Assembly: GCA_016297165.1 (NCBI GenBank)
Contig: JAEDHF010000001.1
Coordinates: forward strand, 149-64,148
DNA: 64,000 bases
Direction: 5' to 3'
Source of the DNA: Oscillospiraceae bacterium
GTDB lineage: Bacteria; Bacillota; Clostridia; Oscillospirales; Ruminococcaceae
Shown here: piece by piece, positions 20,131 to 28,853 of the stretch
Layout of the letters: each line of letters opens with the position of its first letter
Numbering within the stretch: position 1 is the first letter of the stretch
The notes under the pieces: model-generated
What the model saw: only the letters and a program-made list of their open reading frames with translations
What the model was told of the DNA's origin: nothing
Database searches by the model: none
Position numbers and translations under genes: made by a program

Positions 20131-21066
20131 TTACTGCCTGTAAATAGAAATTTTATCCTCCTCGAGTTCCACTCTTACCCTGTCGCCGCCCTTAATACCG
20201 AGCTTTTCGAGGTAATCCTTGGGAATCTGGAGTCTGCCTGCCCTGTCGAGAAGGATAAGCTCCTCGTGGCTTCCCTCCTGAACCGCCGAAATTTCGGCTT
20301 TTCGGAGCTCGCCGAGCTCTTCGAAGGACAGGTCCGATAAATCCGCTTTTCTGCGGATAAATTCGCTTGATGTTTTTCCGTCTCTGATTGAGACTACCCT
20401 GTCTATTGATTTCGACAGGTTTGTATCGTGTGTTACTATTATAATAGTAACGCCCGTTTCTCTGTTAAGCCGCTTAAAGACCTCTAAAACGTTGTTTGCG
20501 GTTTTTGTGTCAACTGCGCCGGTGGGCTCGTCTGCCAAAAGAAGCTTCGGATTGTTACAGAGGGCTATTGCGATAGCGACTCTCTGCTGCTCGCCGCCGG
20601 ACATCTGCCCCGGGAGGGAATTTTTCCTTTCGGAAAGCCCTACCATGTCGAGAAGCTCCTCTGCCCTTTTCCGTCGGTTATTGTAGCCGCTTAGCATCAT
20701 GGGCATTTCCACGTTTTCGAGGGCGGTAAGATAGGGTATAAGGTTCCGTGCGTTATTCTGCCACACGAAGCCTACCGTTTTTCGCTTATACTCGATAAAA
20801 TCCTTATCGGTAAACTTAAGCATATCCTTTCCGTCAACGAAAAGGCTGCCTGCCGAGGGTCGGTCGAGACCGCCGAGCATATTCAGAAGAGTAGATTTTC
20901 CCGAGCCCGAGGCTCCTACGATTCCCATAAGCTCTCCGCGCTCAACGGTAAGGTCAAGCCCCTGAAGAGCCATAACCTCAACGTCCTTCGACTTATAGAT
21001 TTTTACTAAATTTTCGCATCTCACCATTACGTTTTCGGGAGGTGCAAGAAGTATTTTCTTAGGCAT
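20131..21066 (-). CDS. LolD/MacB-type ABC ATPase with C-terminal AbrB-like domain
   Basis: GASGSGKS, MSGGEQQRVAIA, LLADEPTG; C-terminus LDRAGRLQIPKDYLEKLGIKGGDRVRVEL. Confidence 0.85.
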   Translation of the reverse strand: MPKKILLAPPENVMVRCENLVKIYKSKDVEVMALQGLDLTVERGELMGIVGASGSGKSTLLNMLGGLDRPSAGSLFVDGKDMLKFTDKDFIEYKRKTVGFVWQNNARNLIPYLTALENVEMPMMLSGYNNRRKRAEELLDMVGLSERKNSLPGQMSGGEQQRVAIAIALCNNPKLLLADEPTGAVDTKTANNVLEVFKRLNRETGVTIIIVTHDTNLSKSIDRVVSIRDGKTSSEFIRRKADLSDLSFEELGELRKAEISAVQEGSHEELILLDRAGRLQIPKDYLEKLGIKGGDRVRVELEEDKISIYRQ

Positions 21067-21078
21067 TACACTCTCCTG

Positions 21079-21780
21079 TTATGATGATATGCTGTTTCTT
21101 TTTACGTCGGTTATTTCCCCGTCCTCTAAGGTATATACAAGATCCGCAAGCTCCATCATAGCCTCATCGTGGGTCGTCATCACGACGGTTATACCGTCGT
21201 CTCTTACGAGCTCCCTGAAAAGCCTTACTACTGCGGTACCGGTAGCGGTATCAAGAGCCGCCGTAGGCTCGTCGGCGAAGATTACCGAGGGCTTATGCGC
21301 AACAGCTCTGGCTATTGCTACTCTCTGCTGCTCGCCGCCGGACAATTCTCCGGGTCTATGGTGCATTCTCTTGGCAAGTCCTACTCTTGCGAGACATTCC
21401 TTAGCCCGCTCCGACCTTTTCGAAATCGGGTATCCCGAAAGCCTTAAGGAAAATTCAACATTTTCGAAGGCTGTCATTGTGGAAATAAGGGCTACCGACT
21501 GAAAAACAAAGGAAAAATCCTTTCTGCGGAGCTTATCCCGCTGTGAATCGGAAAGCCCGTCTATTGACTTTTCGTTAAAGTAAACGTTTCCGCTGCTTTG
21601 CCTGTCGAGCGCTCCGAGAATATTTATGAGGGTGGTCTTACCCGAACCGGAGCGTCCTCTTAAGCATACCAGCTCTCCCTCGTTGACTTCAAGATTAACG
21701 TCCTTTAAGGCATATACGGTACTTCCGTCGCCAATCTTAAACTCACGGGTGATATGCTCTGCCTTTAAAATATTTTTCAT
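21079..21780 (-). CDS. LolD/MacB-type ABC ATPase
   Basis: GRSGSGKT, LSGGEQQRVAIA, FADEPTAALD; start at MKNILK. Confidence 0.88.
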   Translation of the reverse strand: MKNILKAEHITREFKIGDGSTVYALKDVNLEVNEGELVCLRGRSGSGKTTLINILGALDRQSSGNVYFNEKSIDGLSDSQRDKLRRKDFSFVFQSVALISTMTAFENVEFSLRLSGYPISKRSERAKECLARVGLAKRMHHRPGELSGGEQQRVAIARAVAHKPSVIFADEPTAALDTATGTAVVRLFRELVRDDGITVVMTTHDEAMMELADLVYTLEDGEITDVKRNSISS

Positions 21781-21906
21781 AAATCTTCCCGTTGCTTTTC
21801 CTGTGCATTTCACTTTAAGGGATTACCATTGAAATATGGGCAGTAACCACGTTTATTCACAGAATTATACAAAAGAGCGCAGTTTTCCCTATACTATTTC
21901 CAACAT

Positions 21907-21935
21907 ATTATATCAAAAAAAGGGCTTCTTGTCAA
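21907..21935 (-). promoter_or_regulatory. consensus sigma-A promoter for the ATPase/carbohydrate ABC cluster
   Basis: TTGACA-N17-TATAAT with extended TGn. Confidence 0.8.
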
Positions 21936-22094
21936 TATAAATAAAAGACATTATAGTCCCGGGAGCTATTATGGTTAAATAGCCAAATCACCGGGACTTA
22001 TTCATTATATATGAGTTTTTGCTAAATAAATATGCATATATTGTTGTTTATATTATATTATTATACAATATATAGTTTAGCTAATAAAGTCATA

Positions 22095-22111
22095 ATGTAA
22101 TCGTTTTACAT
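22095..22111. promoter_or_regulatory. LacI/cre-like operator candidate
   Basis: ATGTAA-TCGTT-TTACAT palindrome; related CGTAATCGTTTTCAT at 8027-8041. Confidence 0.45.
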
Positions 22112-22195
22112 CGGTTAAGTAAAATTGTATAAATTAAGGCTTATATTTTCTATATATTGCATAACAGCTATTTTAACTTTTACCATTAAATTGCC

Positions 22196-23050
22196 TTAGT
22201 TTTCGATAAACTCCCTTATTTTATGAAGCTCAGAAAGGGTATTCTTAAACCCCTCCTTATAAAAGGGCACAAGTATTTCGGGGCGGCGCTCCGTCCTTTT
22301 AATACCGTGGGTATCGGAAGGAGCGATTATATAAGCCTTTCCCTGTTTCTCAAGCTCATATAACTCCGAAAGCTGTCTGTTATACATTTCATGCCTTACC
22401 GAAAGCTTTTTCGCTATCATGGGATATTTCGGGTAAAGGAGCTTAACAAGCCCCGTTATCTTCTCGGGCTTTTTAACGAAGCCCCGTGGTCTTGTGAGCA
22501 TTACTATTACCTTATCGCATTTTCCCTCTTCCATAGCGTACTTAAAAGGGATAGAATCGGTAATGCCGCCGTCCATATAAAGCTCGCCGTTAATTTCTAC
22601 GGGACTGAAAAGAATGGGGAGGGCACAGGAGCCTACTAAAACCTTCCATTTTCTGTCCTTCCCCGAAACACGCATATATTCCGTCTCACCCGTTCTGATA
22701 TTTGTAAGGGCGCCGAAAGCGTTTTCGCCGTTTTTTATATACTCATCAAAATCGAAGGGCACAAGAGTATCGGGAATATCCCCGAAAACGAAATCTATAT
22801 TATAATAGGAACGGTTTTTCCTGTTAAGAAGATGCTTCGCCCCCATATATCTCTTATCGGCCATATACTTTTCCGCAATTTCAAGGTTTCTTCCCTTCTG
22901 CCTTGAAATATAGGAAACTCCGTAGGAAATTCCTGCCGAGGTACCCGCTACATAGTCGAGAAGAATACCGCCGTCCAAAAGGGCGTCAAGAACGCCGCAG
23001 CTGTATATGGTACGGCTTGCGCCGCCCTCAAGAACAATTCCTGTTTTCAT
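22196..23050 (-). CDS. patatin-like phospholipase
   Basis: LEGGAS, GTSAG nucleophile elbow, DGG motif. Confidence 0.9.
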   Translation of the reverse strand: MKTGIVLEGGASRTIYSCGVLDALLDGGILLDYVAGTSAGISYGVSYISRQKGRNLEIAEKYMADKRYMGAKHLLNRKNRSYYNIDFVFGDIPDTLVPFDFDEYIKNGENAFGALTNIRTGETEYMRVSGKDRKWKVLVGSCALPILFSPVEINGELYMDGGITDSIPFKYAMEEGKCDKVIVMLTRPRGFVKKPEKITGLVKLLYPKYPMIAKKLSVRHEMYNRQLSELYELEKQGKAYIIAPSDTHGIKRTERRPEILVPFYKEGFKNTLSELHKIREFIEN

Positions 23051-23062
23051 AGTTTACCTCTT

Positions 23063-23938
23063 TTAAAAATCGGGGGTCATATCGAGTGTATCGCAACCCT
23101 TTTGCTGTGTAAAGCCCTCAAGCCCCAGCTCGGCGCACCTCTCCACTACCTTATCATATTCAAAAGTAGTAAGCTTTCTGTTTATTTCGGGGAAGTTAAC
23201 CGCCCCGTAACAAGGTGTGTATTGCCGCATTACGCTTACAAGTGGCGTATTTTCGGGAAAGGTATCCTTAACCCATTCCATAAGCCTTATACTATCCTTA
23301 TAGCCCTTAGGGAGAACGAGATGACGGATAATAACGCCCTTTTCCATAATTCCGTTATTTATAATGACCTTCGGCTGCTGCTTTACCATTTCCATAATAG
23401 CAAGAGAAGCTTTTTCGAAATAATCTACTGCCCCGGAATATTTTTCCGAAAGCTCGCTGCTATGATATTTTAAATCGGGCAGGTAGATATCAACGAGCCC
23501 CTTAAGCCTTTTAAGGGATTCGACGCTTTCGTATCCGCCGCAGTTATACACAACGGGGATAGTAAGCCTATCCTTTATTTCCTCGAGAACCGACGCGATA
23601 ATATCCGAATAATGGGTAGCGGTAACGAAATTTATATTATGTACGCCCTTATCCTGTAAGGAAAAAATAATATCTTTAAGCTTTTCCCCGGAAATATATT
23701 CTCCCTTTAAGTCGTGGCTTATAGGGTAATTCTGGCAGAATACACAGCGAAGATTACAGCCCGAAAGGAAAATTGCTCCGCTTCCCCTTGTTCCCGTTAT
23801 AACGGGCTCTTCCCCGTAATGTACCATATATTTCGCTAATTTAAGCTTACTGCCCGTTTTACAGTAGCCCACAGTTTTAGTTCTGTCAACTCCGCATTTT
23901 CTCGGACAAAGCTCACAACAGGTCGTCACCCTTTTCAA
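23063..23938 (-). CDS. radical SAM protein, PflX-like
   Basis: CELCPRKCGVDR, EEP, CNLRCVFCQN, DIYLPDLKY, IIRHLVLP. Confidence 0.88.
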   Translation of the reverse strand: MKRVTTCCELCPRKCGVDRTKTVGYCKTGSKLKLAKYMVHYGEEPVITGTRGSGAIFLSGCNLRCVFCQNYPISHDLKGEYISGEKLKDIIFSLQDKGVHNINFVTATHYSDIIASVLEEIKDRLTIPVVYNCGGYESVESLKRLKGLVDIYLPDLKYHSSELSEKYSGAVDYFEKASLAIMEMVKQQPKVIINNGIMEKGVIIRHLVLPKGYKDSIRLMEWVKDTFPENTPLVSVMRQYTPCYGAVNFPEINRKLTTFEYDKVVERCAELGLEGFTQQKGCDTLDMTPDF

Positions 23939-25148
23939 ACTCCTTTAAAAAATTATCTGCCGCCTCGAAATAGTATAGGATTTCCTCTCTGTAGGTCTTG
24001 CTGTTTCTGTACTTTTTAACGTCAAGCTCCGAAAGCCGGTAACAGAATACTGCCACCGAGGAAAAACCCTTTAAGGCGATAAGCCTGTTGGTATATTTCC
24101 AGTAGCTGTCGATAAGGCGGCTCTTCATATACTTTTTTATCTCCCCGTTAAGGGAAAAAAGGCTCTCACAGGTTGACGCCAGGGAGGCTACGGCGTAATA
24201 GATACTGTAATTATTCATAATCTCCGAGAGGTTAAGAATATCCGCCTTAGGGATTTTCGCCTCCGTAAGCCCTATTATCATACTTACGAACATATTCGCA
24301 ATTTCAACGCCGTTTCCGTTATTTATTATGCCGATAAGGTCGCTGGCGGCTTTTGAAATAAGCTCGTCCTTTTCTCTCGAATTGGGCAGGAACACAGTAT
24401 CCGAGCCGTAAAGGTCCTCTAAGGTAAGTCCCATATAGGAAATAGCGTAAAGTGCAGTAAAATTCAGTCTCAGCCTTGTTTGTGACAAATCCGCAAAGGT
24501 ATAGACCTTTCTTTTTACGAGCATTCTGTTTATCTCGTCTATGGTCGCAGGACGGTTATTAAGTCTTAATCTGCTGCTGAAGCGGCGGAAATTATATTTA
24601 TCGATAAGCTCCTTATTATCGAGAGCCTTTTTCATTGAAAGCTTAAGAGCCGCAATTCTTACGGTTTCACATATATTTTCCGCCTCGTCGTTAAGACCCT
24701 TATCCTTTATATAGTTTTTCTCTGATTTTCTGTTAATCCTTGCGTTTAATTTACTGTAGTCATATCCCGAATCAATAATACTAAGGCTAAGGAAAACCGG
24801 CTCTCCAACGATTATTTCCCCGTTATAGCCCTCTATTTTTAAAAGCTTTACTGTTTCGCCCTTATAAAGCCGTCTTATTATATGTGCAAGTCCTAAAAGC
24901 TCTCTTTCTCTCTCGCTGTAACGGTAGAGGTATTTTTTCATACAGTCGCACAGGGGCTTTTCTCCGAAAAAGATAAGGTCGTAGATATCGAAGCCTGCCT
25001 TTTCGGCTAAAGCCCCGGTTTCCTTTCCGAAAATAAAGGGCTTCGTCTTATAGAGCCATTCACAGCACTTTTTATCGAAGAGTATATTTTTTGGTGAGAA
25101 AAAAAGGGATATAATGGGCTTTGGTATTTCTGTAAGCGTTATTTTCAT
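23913..25148 (-). CDS. hypothetical protein
   Basis: long ORF in operon context between rsmI and the PflX-like gene; start at MKITL. Confidence 0.7.
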   Translation of the reverse strand: MKITLTEIPKPIISLFFSPKNILFDKKCCEWLYKTKPFIFGKETGALAEKAGFDIYDLIFFGEKPLCDCMKKYLYRYSERERELLGLAHIIRRLYKGETVKLLKIEGYNGEIIVGEPVFLSLSIIDSGYDYSKLNARINRKSEKNYIKDKGLNDEAENICETVRIAALKLSMKKALDNKELIDKYNFRRFSSRLRLNNRPATIDEINRMLVKRKVYTFADLSQTRLRLNFTALYAISYMGLTLEDLYGSDTVFLPNSREKDELISKAASDLIGIINNGNGVEIANMFVSMIIGLTEAKIPKADILNLSEIMNNYSIYYAVASLASTCESLFSLNGEIKKYMKSRLIDSYWKYTNRLIALKGFSSVAVFCYRLSELDVKKYRNSKTYREEILYYFEAADNFLKEFEKGDDLL

Positions 25149-25170
25149 TTTTTCTTTTATCCCTTCTTTG

Positions 25171-25198
25171 ATTCTTTCTTGTCGATACAAGAAAGAAT
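25171..25198. repeat. REP-like hairpin ATTCTTTCTTG-TCGATA-CAAGAAAGAAT
   Basis: perfect stem; identical 27-mer at 26055-26081. Confidence 0.85.
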
Positions 25199-25201
25199 AC
25201 C

Positions 25202-26029
25202 TCATTCTTTTAGCAAACCGCTATAAATCTCGCTTTTAGAAAACTTCGTTTTCTTAGCGATTTCTTTGGCTGCGTCGGAAGCCTTTACTCCGTCGGAGAT
25301 AAGCTTTTGCGCCATGGCTACTGCCATATCGAGAGTAATTTCATCAGAAGCTTCCTCTTCGGCGGCACCCTCAATAACCAGCACATACTCGCCCTTAGGC
25401 GGCTTATTCTCATAGTAGGCTATCATATCGGAGATTTTTCCTCTTAAAACCTCCTCGTGAATTTTCGTAAGCTCACGGCAAAGGGCAATTTTCCTGTCAC
25501 CGAAGGCGTCAAGCATATCCTTTAAGGTATAGATAAGCTTATGGGGCGCTTCGTAGAAAATAAGGGTACGCTTAAAGCTCTTTACCTCTTCGAGATGAGC
25601 CCGACGCTGTTTATTTGTAACGCTTAAAAAGCCCTCGAAGGAAAAACGTGCAGTAGGCAGTCCCGAAATTGCAAGCGCCGACATAGCGGCGGTCGGCGAA
25701 GGCACAACGTTTATTTCAATGCCACGTTCTGCACATAAACGTACCAGATCCTCGCCGGGGTCGGAAATACAGGGCATACCTGCGTCGGTAACAATAGCGC
25801 AGCTTTCCCCGTTTTCAATTCTTCCTAAAATATACTCGCCCTTTTCCCTTATGTTGTGCTCATAATAGCTCACAAGAGGCTTCTGTATCCCGAAATGGGT
25901 CAACAGCTTAAGGGTTACTCTCGTATCCTCCGCCGCTATAAAGTCAACATTCTTAAGTGTATCTATTGCTCTTGGACTAAAATCCGAGAGGTTTCCTATG
26001 GGAGTACCTACTACATAAAGTTTACTCAT
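25202..26029 (-). CDS. rsmI: 16S rRNA (cytidine1402-2'-O)-methyltransferase
   Basis: LYVVGTPIGNL, AAEDTR, DAGMPCISDPG, FYEAPH, RELTKIHEE. Confidence 0.95.
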   Translation of the reverse strand: MSKLYVVGTPIGNLSDFSPRAIDTLKNVDFIAAEDTRVTLKLLTHFGIQKPLVSYYEHNIREKGEYILGRIENGESCAIVTDAGMPCISDPGEDLVRLCAERGIEINVVPSPTAAMSALAISGLPTARFSFEGFLSVTNKQRRAHLEEVKSFKRTLIFYEAPHKLIYTLKDMLDAFGDRKIALCRELTKIHEEVLRGKISDMIAYYENKPPKGEYVLVIEGAAEEEASDEITLDMAVAMAQKLISDGVKASDAAKEIAKKTKFSKSEIYSGLLKE

Positions 26030-26054
26030 AAAACTTCCTTTTTGTTTTTTTATT

Positions 26055-26081
26055 ATTCTTTCTTGTCGATACAAGAAAGAA
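26055..26081. repeat. REP-like hairpin, copy of 25171-25197
   Basis: identical 27-mer. Confidence 0.85.
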
Positions 26082-26120
26082 CATCAGAAACCACTACAAT
26101 TTTACCACATCTGTTCATAT

Positions 26121-26612
26121 TTTTCAACCCATATATTGTTTCAACATAATATCAGTACTCAAAAAAACCCATAAACAAGCCCTTTTTTAACAGTTTCCAC
26201 ATACTTTTCAACTGTTCATAGGGTAATTTACCCCGAAAAAACCTCTTTTTCAACACTTTCAACAGAAAAACCTGTTGAAATCTTGAATATTACAGCTTGT
26301 TATATTTATAACATAAATTTTCTATTACAATACGTATATTTAATCTTATAATTTAATTTTTGTAGAGTCTGTAAATCCTATTGTTTATGGGCTTTTTAAG
26401 GTGTTAGAAAATTGAGTGTATATCCGAACGGTATATGTATAAATTAACAATAGATTTTTTCCTTGGAAAAATATGGTTTTGGTTGAAAGATTTATCTGCT
26501 TTAGTATGAGAAACACCCTTTATAATGCAATATATTAACAGTTTCAACGAACTTTTCAACAATTATCCCCTGCGACAGGTTTAAAATCTCCGACTTTTCA
26601 ACATTTTCAACA
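26121..26612. promoter_or_regulatory. DnaA-box cluster (variant TTTTCAACA)
   Basis: TTTTCAACA at 26247, 26553, 26595, 26604; near matches at 26121, 26138, 26193, 26205, 26256, 26273(-), 26541; AT-rich centre. Confidence 0.7.
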
Positions 26613-26702
26613 ATATAAATTATTTTCAGTCTGATTAAGTTACAGTTAGGTGACAATAATACAAGCAGTAATATAAACAGAAAGGAAAATACCGAAATAA
26701 AT

Positions 26703-26957
26703 ATGCGTGGAGTAAATAAGCTAGTACTTGAAATAAAATCCGACGGAGAATATTTTGAAAAGGCGCTCCTTTTCTTAAAGCCGGATAAGAAGGACCTGCC
26801 CCAGAAGGAAATAACCGACGGCGCAGAACGCCTCCTTCAGAAAATAAATGCAAAAAATACCCCGAAGAACCATAGCCTTGTTCCTGCCCTTATCGGGTTA
26901 ATAACCGGCTCAGCCCTTTCCTGGGGTATTGTTTTTCTTATCGGAATTATACCGTAG
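26703..26957 (+). CDS. small hypothetical membrane protein
   Basis: MRGVNKLVLEI...YFEKALLFLKP, C-terminal TM; GAAAGGA upstream. Confidence 0.65.
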   Translation: MRGVNKLVLEIKSDGEYFEKALLFLKPDKKDLPQKEITDGAERLLQKINAKNTPKNHSLVPALIGLITGSALSWGIVFLIGIIP

Positions 26958-27176
26958 CTTAAGGGTATCAACGCTTACGTTGCTTATATATACCATATCC
27001 GTGCATACTATTATACTTTTAGGCATATCAAGGGAAACGTAGTATATTTTACCGCTTTTCTGGCATTTCGAAAGATACTCGTTCATATATTTCTGAACCG
27101 TAACCTTTTCTATGTCAAAAATTCCTACTATGTCCTTTTTATGAACAGTAACATCGCTGCCTAAATGTATATACAT
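26910..27176 (-). CDS. DUF370 / RemB (YaaB) family protein
   Basis: MYIHLG..V..KDIVGIFD...PKS...YIS..S..TL; follows recF. Confidence 0.85.
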   Translation of the reverse strand: MYIHLGSDVTVHKKDIVGIFDIEKVTVQKYMNEYLSKCQKSGKIYYVSLDMPKSIIVCTDMVYISNVSVDTLKLRYNSDKKNNTPGKG

Positions 27177-27178
27177 AT

Positions 27179-28315
27179 TTACACCTTAATCTCCGAAAAG
27201 CTTCCCTTTTCAACTCTCCAGACCTTCCCCGAAGCCAGTTCCTTTATATCAGAAATATTACAGGAAGTAATAAAAGTCTGAAAATTATCTATATGATTAG
27301 TTATAAAGGCTCTTCTGTCCCGATCCAGCTCGCTTAATACATCGTCAAGAATAATAATCGGAACATCTCCGCTCTTTTCGTATATCATTCTTGCCTCCGC
27401 TAACTTAAGAGAAACGGCAATACTTCTTATCTGACCCTGTGACGCAAAATCCTTTGAGGGTATATTATCTATAAAGAATGAGATATCGTCCCTGTGAGCT
27501 CCTACTACCGTATATTTCATTTTAAGCTCTTTTTCGAAGGTTTCCCGGAGCTTATTCCGATAGGTTTCATACATAAGCTCCCAGTCCTCGGCAGTATATG
27601 ATATATCCTCCATAACCGAGCTTTCGTATCGCATAGTAAGCTTTTCGTCGGATTTATTTATCCTGCCGTAAAAATCGGCTGCATAAGCGGAAAGAGTACT
27701 GAAATATTTAAGCCGCCCGCACATTACGTTAACCCCAAGCTTAGCAAGGGTATCGTTCCAGCTTTCAAGCATATCAGAGGAATAATCCCTGTCATAGCCC
27801 GAAAGGTTATAGAGAAGATTATTTTTCTGTCGTAATGCCTTATTGTATTCATAAATCTTTGAATTATGAACACGGTTTATCATATTTGAGACAAAATCAA
27901 TATAATCCCGTCTTTTTTCGGGATTTCCCTTAACAATATATAAATCCTCGGGTATAAAAATTACATATCTTAACGCTCCGTATAATTCTTCTGCACTTTT
28001 CATTTCAAGTCCGTTAAAGGTTAACTTGAAATTACTGCCCTTCTGGGTATAAATAATAAGGTTATCCTTATCGGGCAGGCTATCGAAGCTGAAAGTAAGC
28101 TCAAGACTTATTTCTTCGTTATTGCTGTTAAAGGGAATAAGCTCGGCTGCCTTAGGGTTACGGAAGCTTTTTCCGAAGCATAGAGAAACAGCCTCGCAGA
28201 TATTGGTTTTTCCCTGGGCATTACTGCCCGTAAAGATATTTATTCTTTTATCGAAGGAAAATTCTGCGTAGGCTATATTTCTGAAATTCTTTACCGTAAG
28301 GGATTTTATTATCAT
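27179..28315 (-). CDS. recF: DNA replication/repair protein RecF
   Basis: NFRN, GSNAQGKTN, GAHRDD, FASQGQ, LDDVLSELD. Confidence 0.95.
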   Translation of the reverse strand: MIIKSLTVKNFRNIAYAEFSFDKRINIFTGSNAQGKTNICEAVSLCFGKSFRNPKAAELIPFNSNNEEISLELTFSFDSLPDKDNLIIYTQKGSNFKLTFNGLEMKSAEELYGALRYVIFIPEDLYIVKGNPEKRRDYIDFVSNMINRVHNSKIYEYNKALRQKNNLLYNLSGYDRDYSSDMLESWNDTLAKLGVNVMCGRLKYFSTLSAYAADFYGRINKSDEKLTMRYESSVMEDISYTAEDWELMYETYRNKLRETFEKELKMKYTVVGAHRDDISFFIDNIPSKDFASQGQIRSIAVSLKLAEARMIYEKSGDVPIIILDDVLSELDRDRRAFITNHIDNFQTFITSCNISDIKELASGKVWRVEKGSFSEIKV

Positions 28316-28542
28316 TCTTCAATCAAACAGATATATTCCTCTGTTTCCTCTTCAAAATTAACGGTTACCCTATCCTTATTATAGAGCTTTTTTCCCCTCA
28401 TCATACAAACCTCGCCGTTAACCTCGACGATTCCGTCGGTAATCATAAGCTTTGCCATGCCGCCGGTTTCGGCAATATTTGCAAATTTAAGAAACTGTTC
28501 CAGTTTTATAAAAGGGGGAGCTACTTTTATTTCTGTTGCCAT
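28312..28542 (-). CDS. yaaA: S4-domain RNA-binding protein YaaA
   Basis: FIKLEQFLK..TGGMAK..VNGE..RGKKL between dnaN and recF. Confidence 0.9.
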   Translation of the reverse strand: MATEIKVAPPFIKLEQFLKFANIAETGGMAKLMITDGIVEVNGEVCMMRGKKLYNKDRVTVNFEEETEEYICLIEE

Positions 28543-28605
28543 TTTTTATATCCTTATATTTCTCTTAAATTATTAAAGTTTTCGCCAAGCCTTTTTCAAA
28601 AGGAT

Positions 28606-28840
28606 TTAAGGCAACACCGCACAAAGACCGCCTAACGGCTTTGTGCACGCCTTACTTGCATCTTTTCCGTCATATTGCACCAAAGCTTCTTGAAATACGT
28701 GGTCTCCCCCTGCGGGGGAGGTGTCACGAAGTGACAGAGGGGCTGACCGACAGACCAGTATTCCTGCGTCACTTTGATACAATCTGACGAAAAATCTGAC
28801 TGCGCAATCCGCACGCAATCTTTGTGCGGTATTGCCTTAA
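28606..28840. mobile_element. non-autonomous MITE/BOX-like element with 22-bp terminal inverted repeats
   Basis: TTAAGGCAACACCGCACAAAGA...TCTTTGTGCGGTATTGCCTTAA (1 mismatch); nested hairpins; end copy at 60758-60788. Confidence 0.75.
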
Positions 28841-28853
28841 AATTCTTGAATTC

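Noticed and set aside
21955..21999. Inverted repeat AGTCCCGG...CCGGGACT as a riboswitch
   Set aside because: It lies upstream of the predicted promoter and has no known aptamer motif; more likely a terminator or operator
28606..28818. Small ORFs (70 and 60 aa) between dnaN and yaaA
   Set aside because: They lie entirely within the inverted-repeat element and have no RBS or protein features
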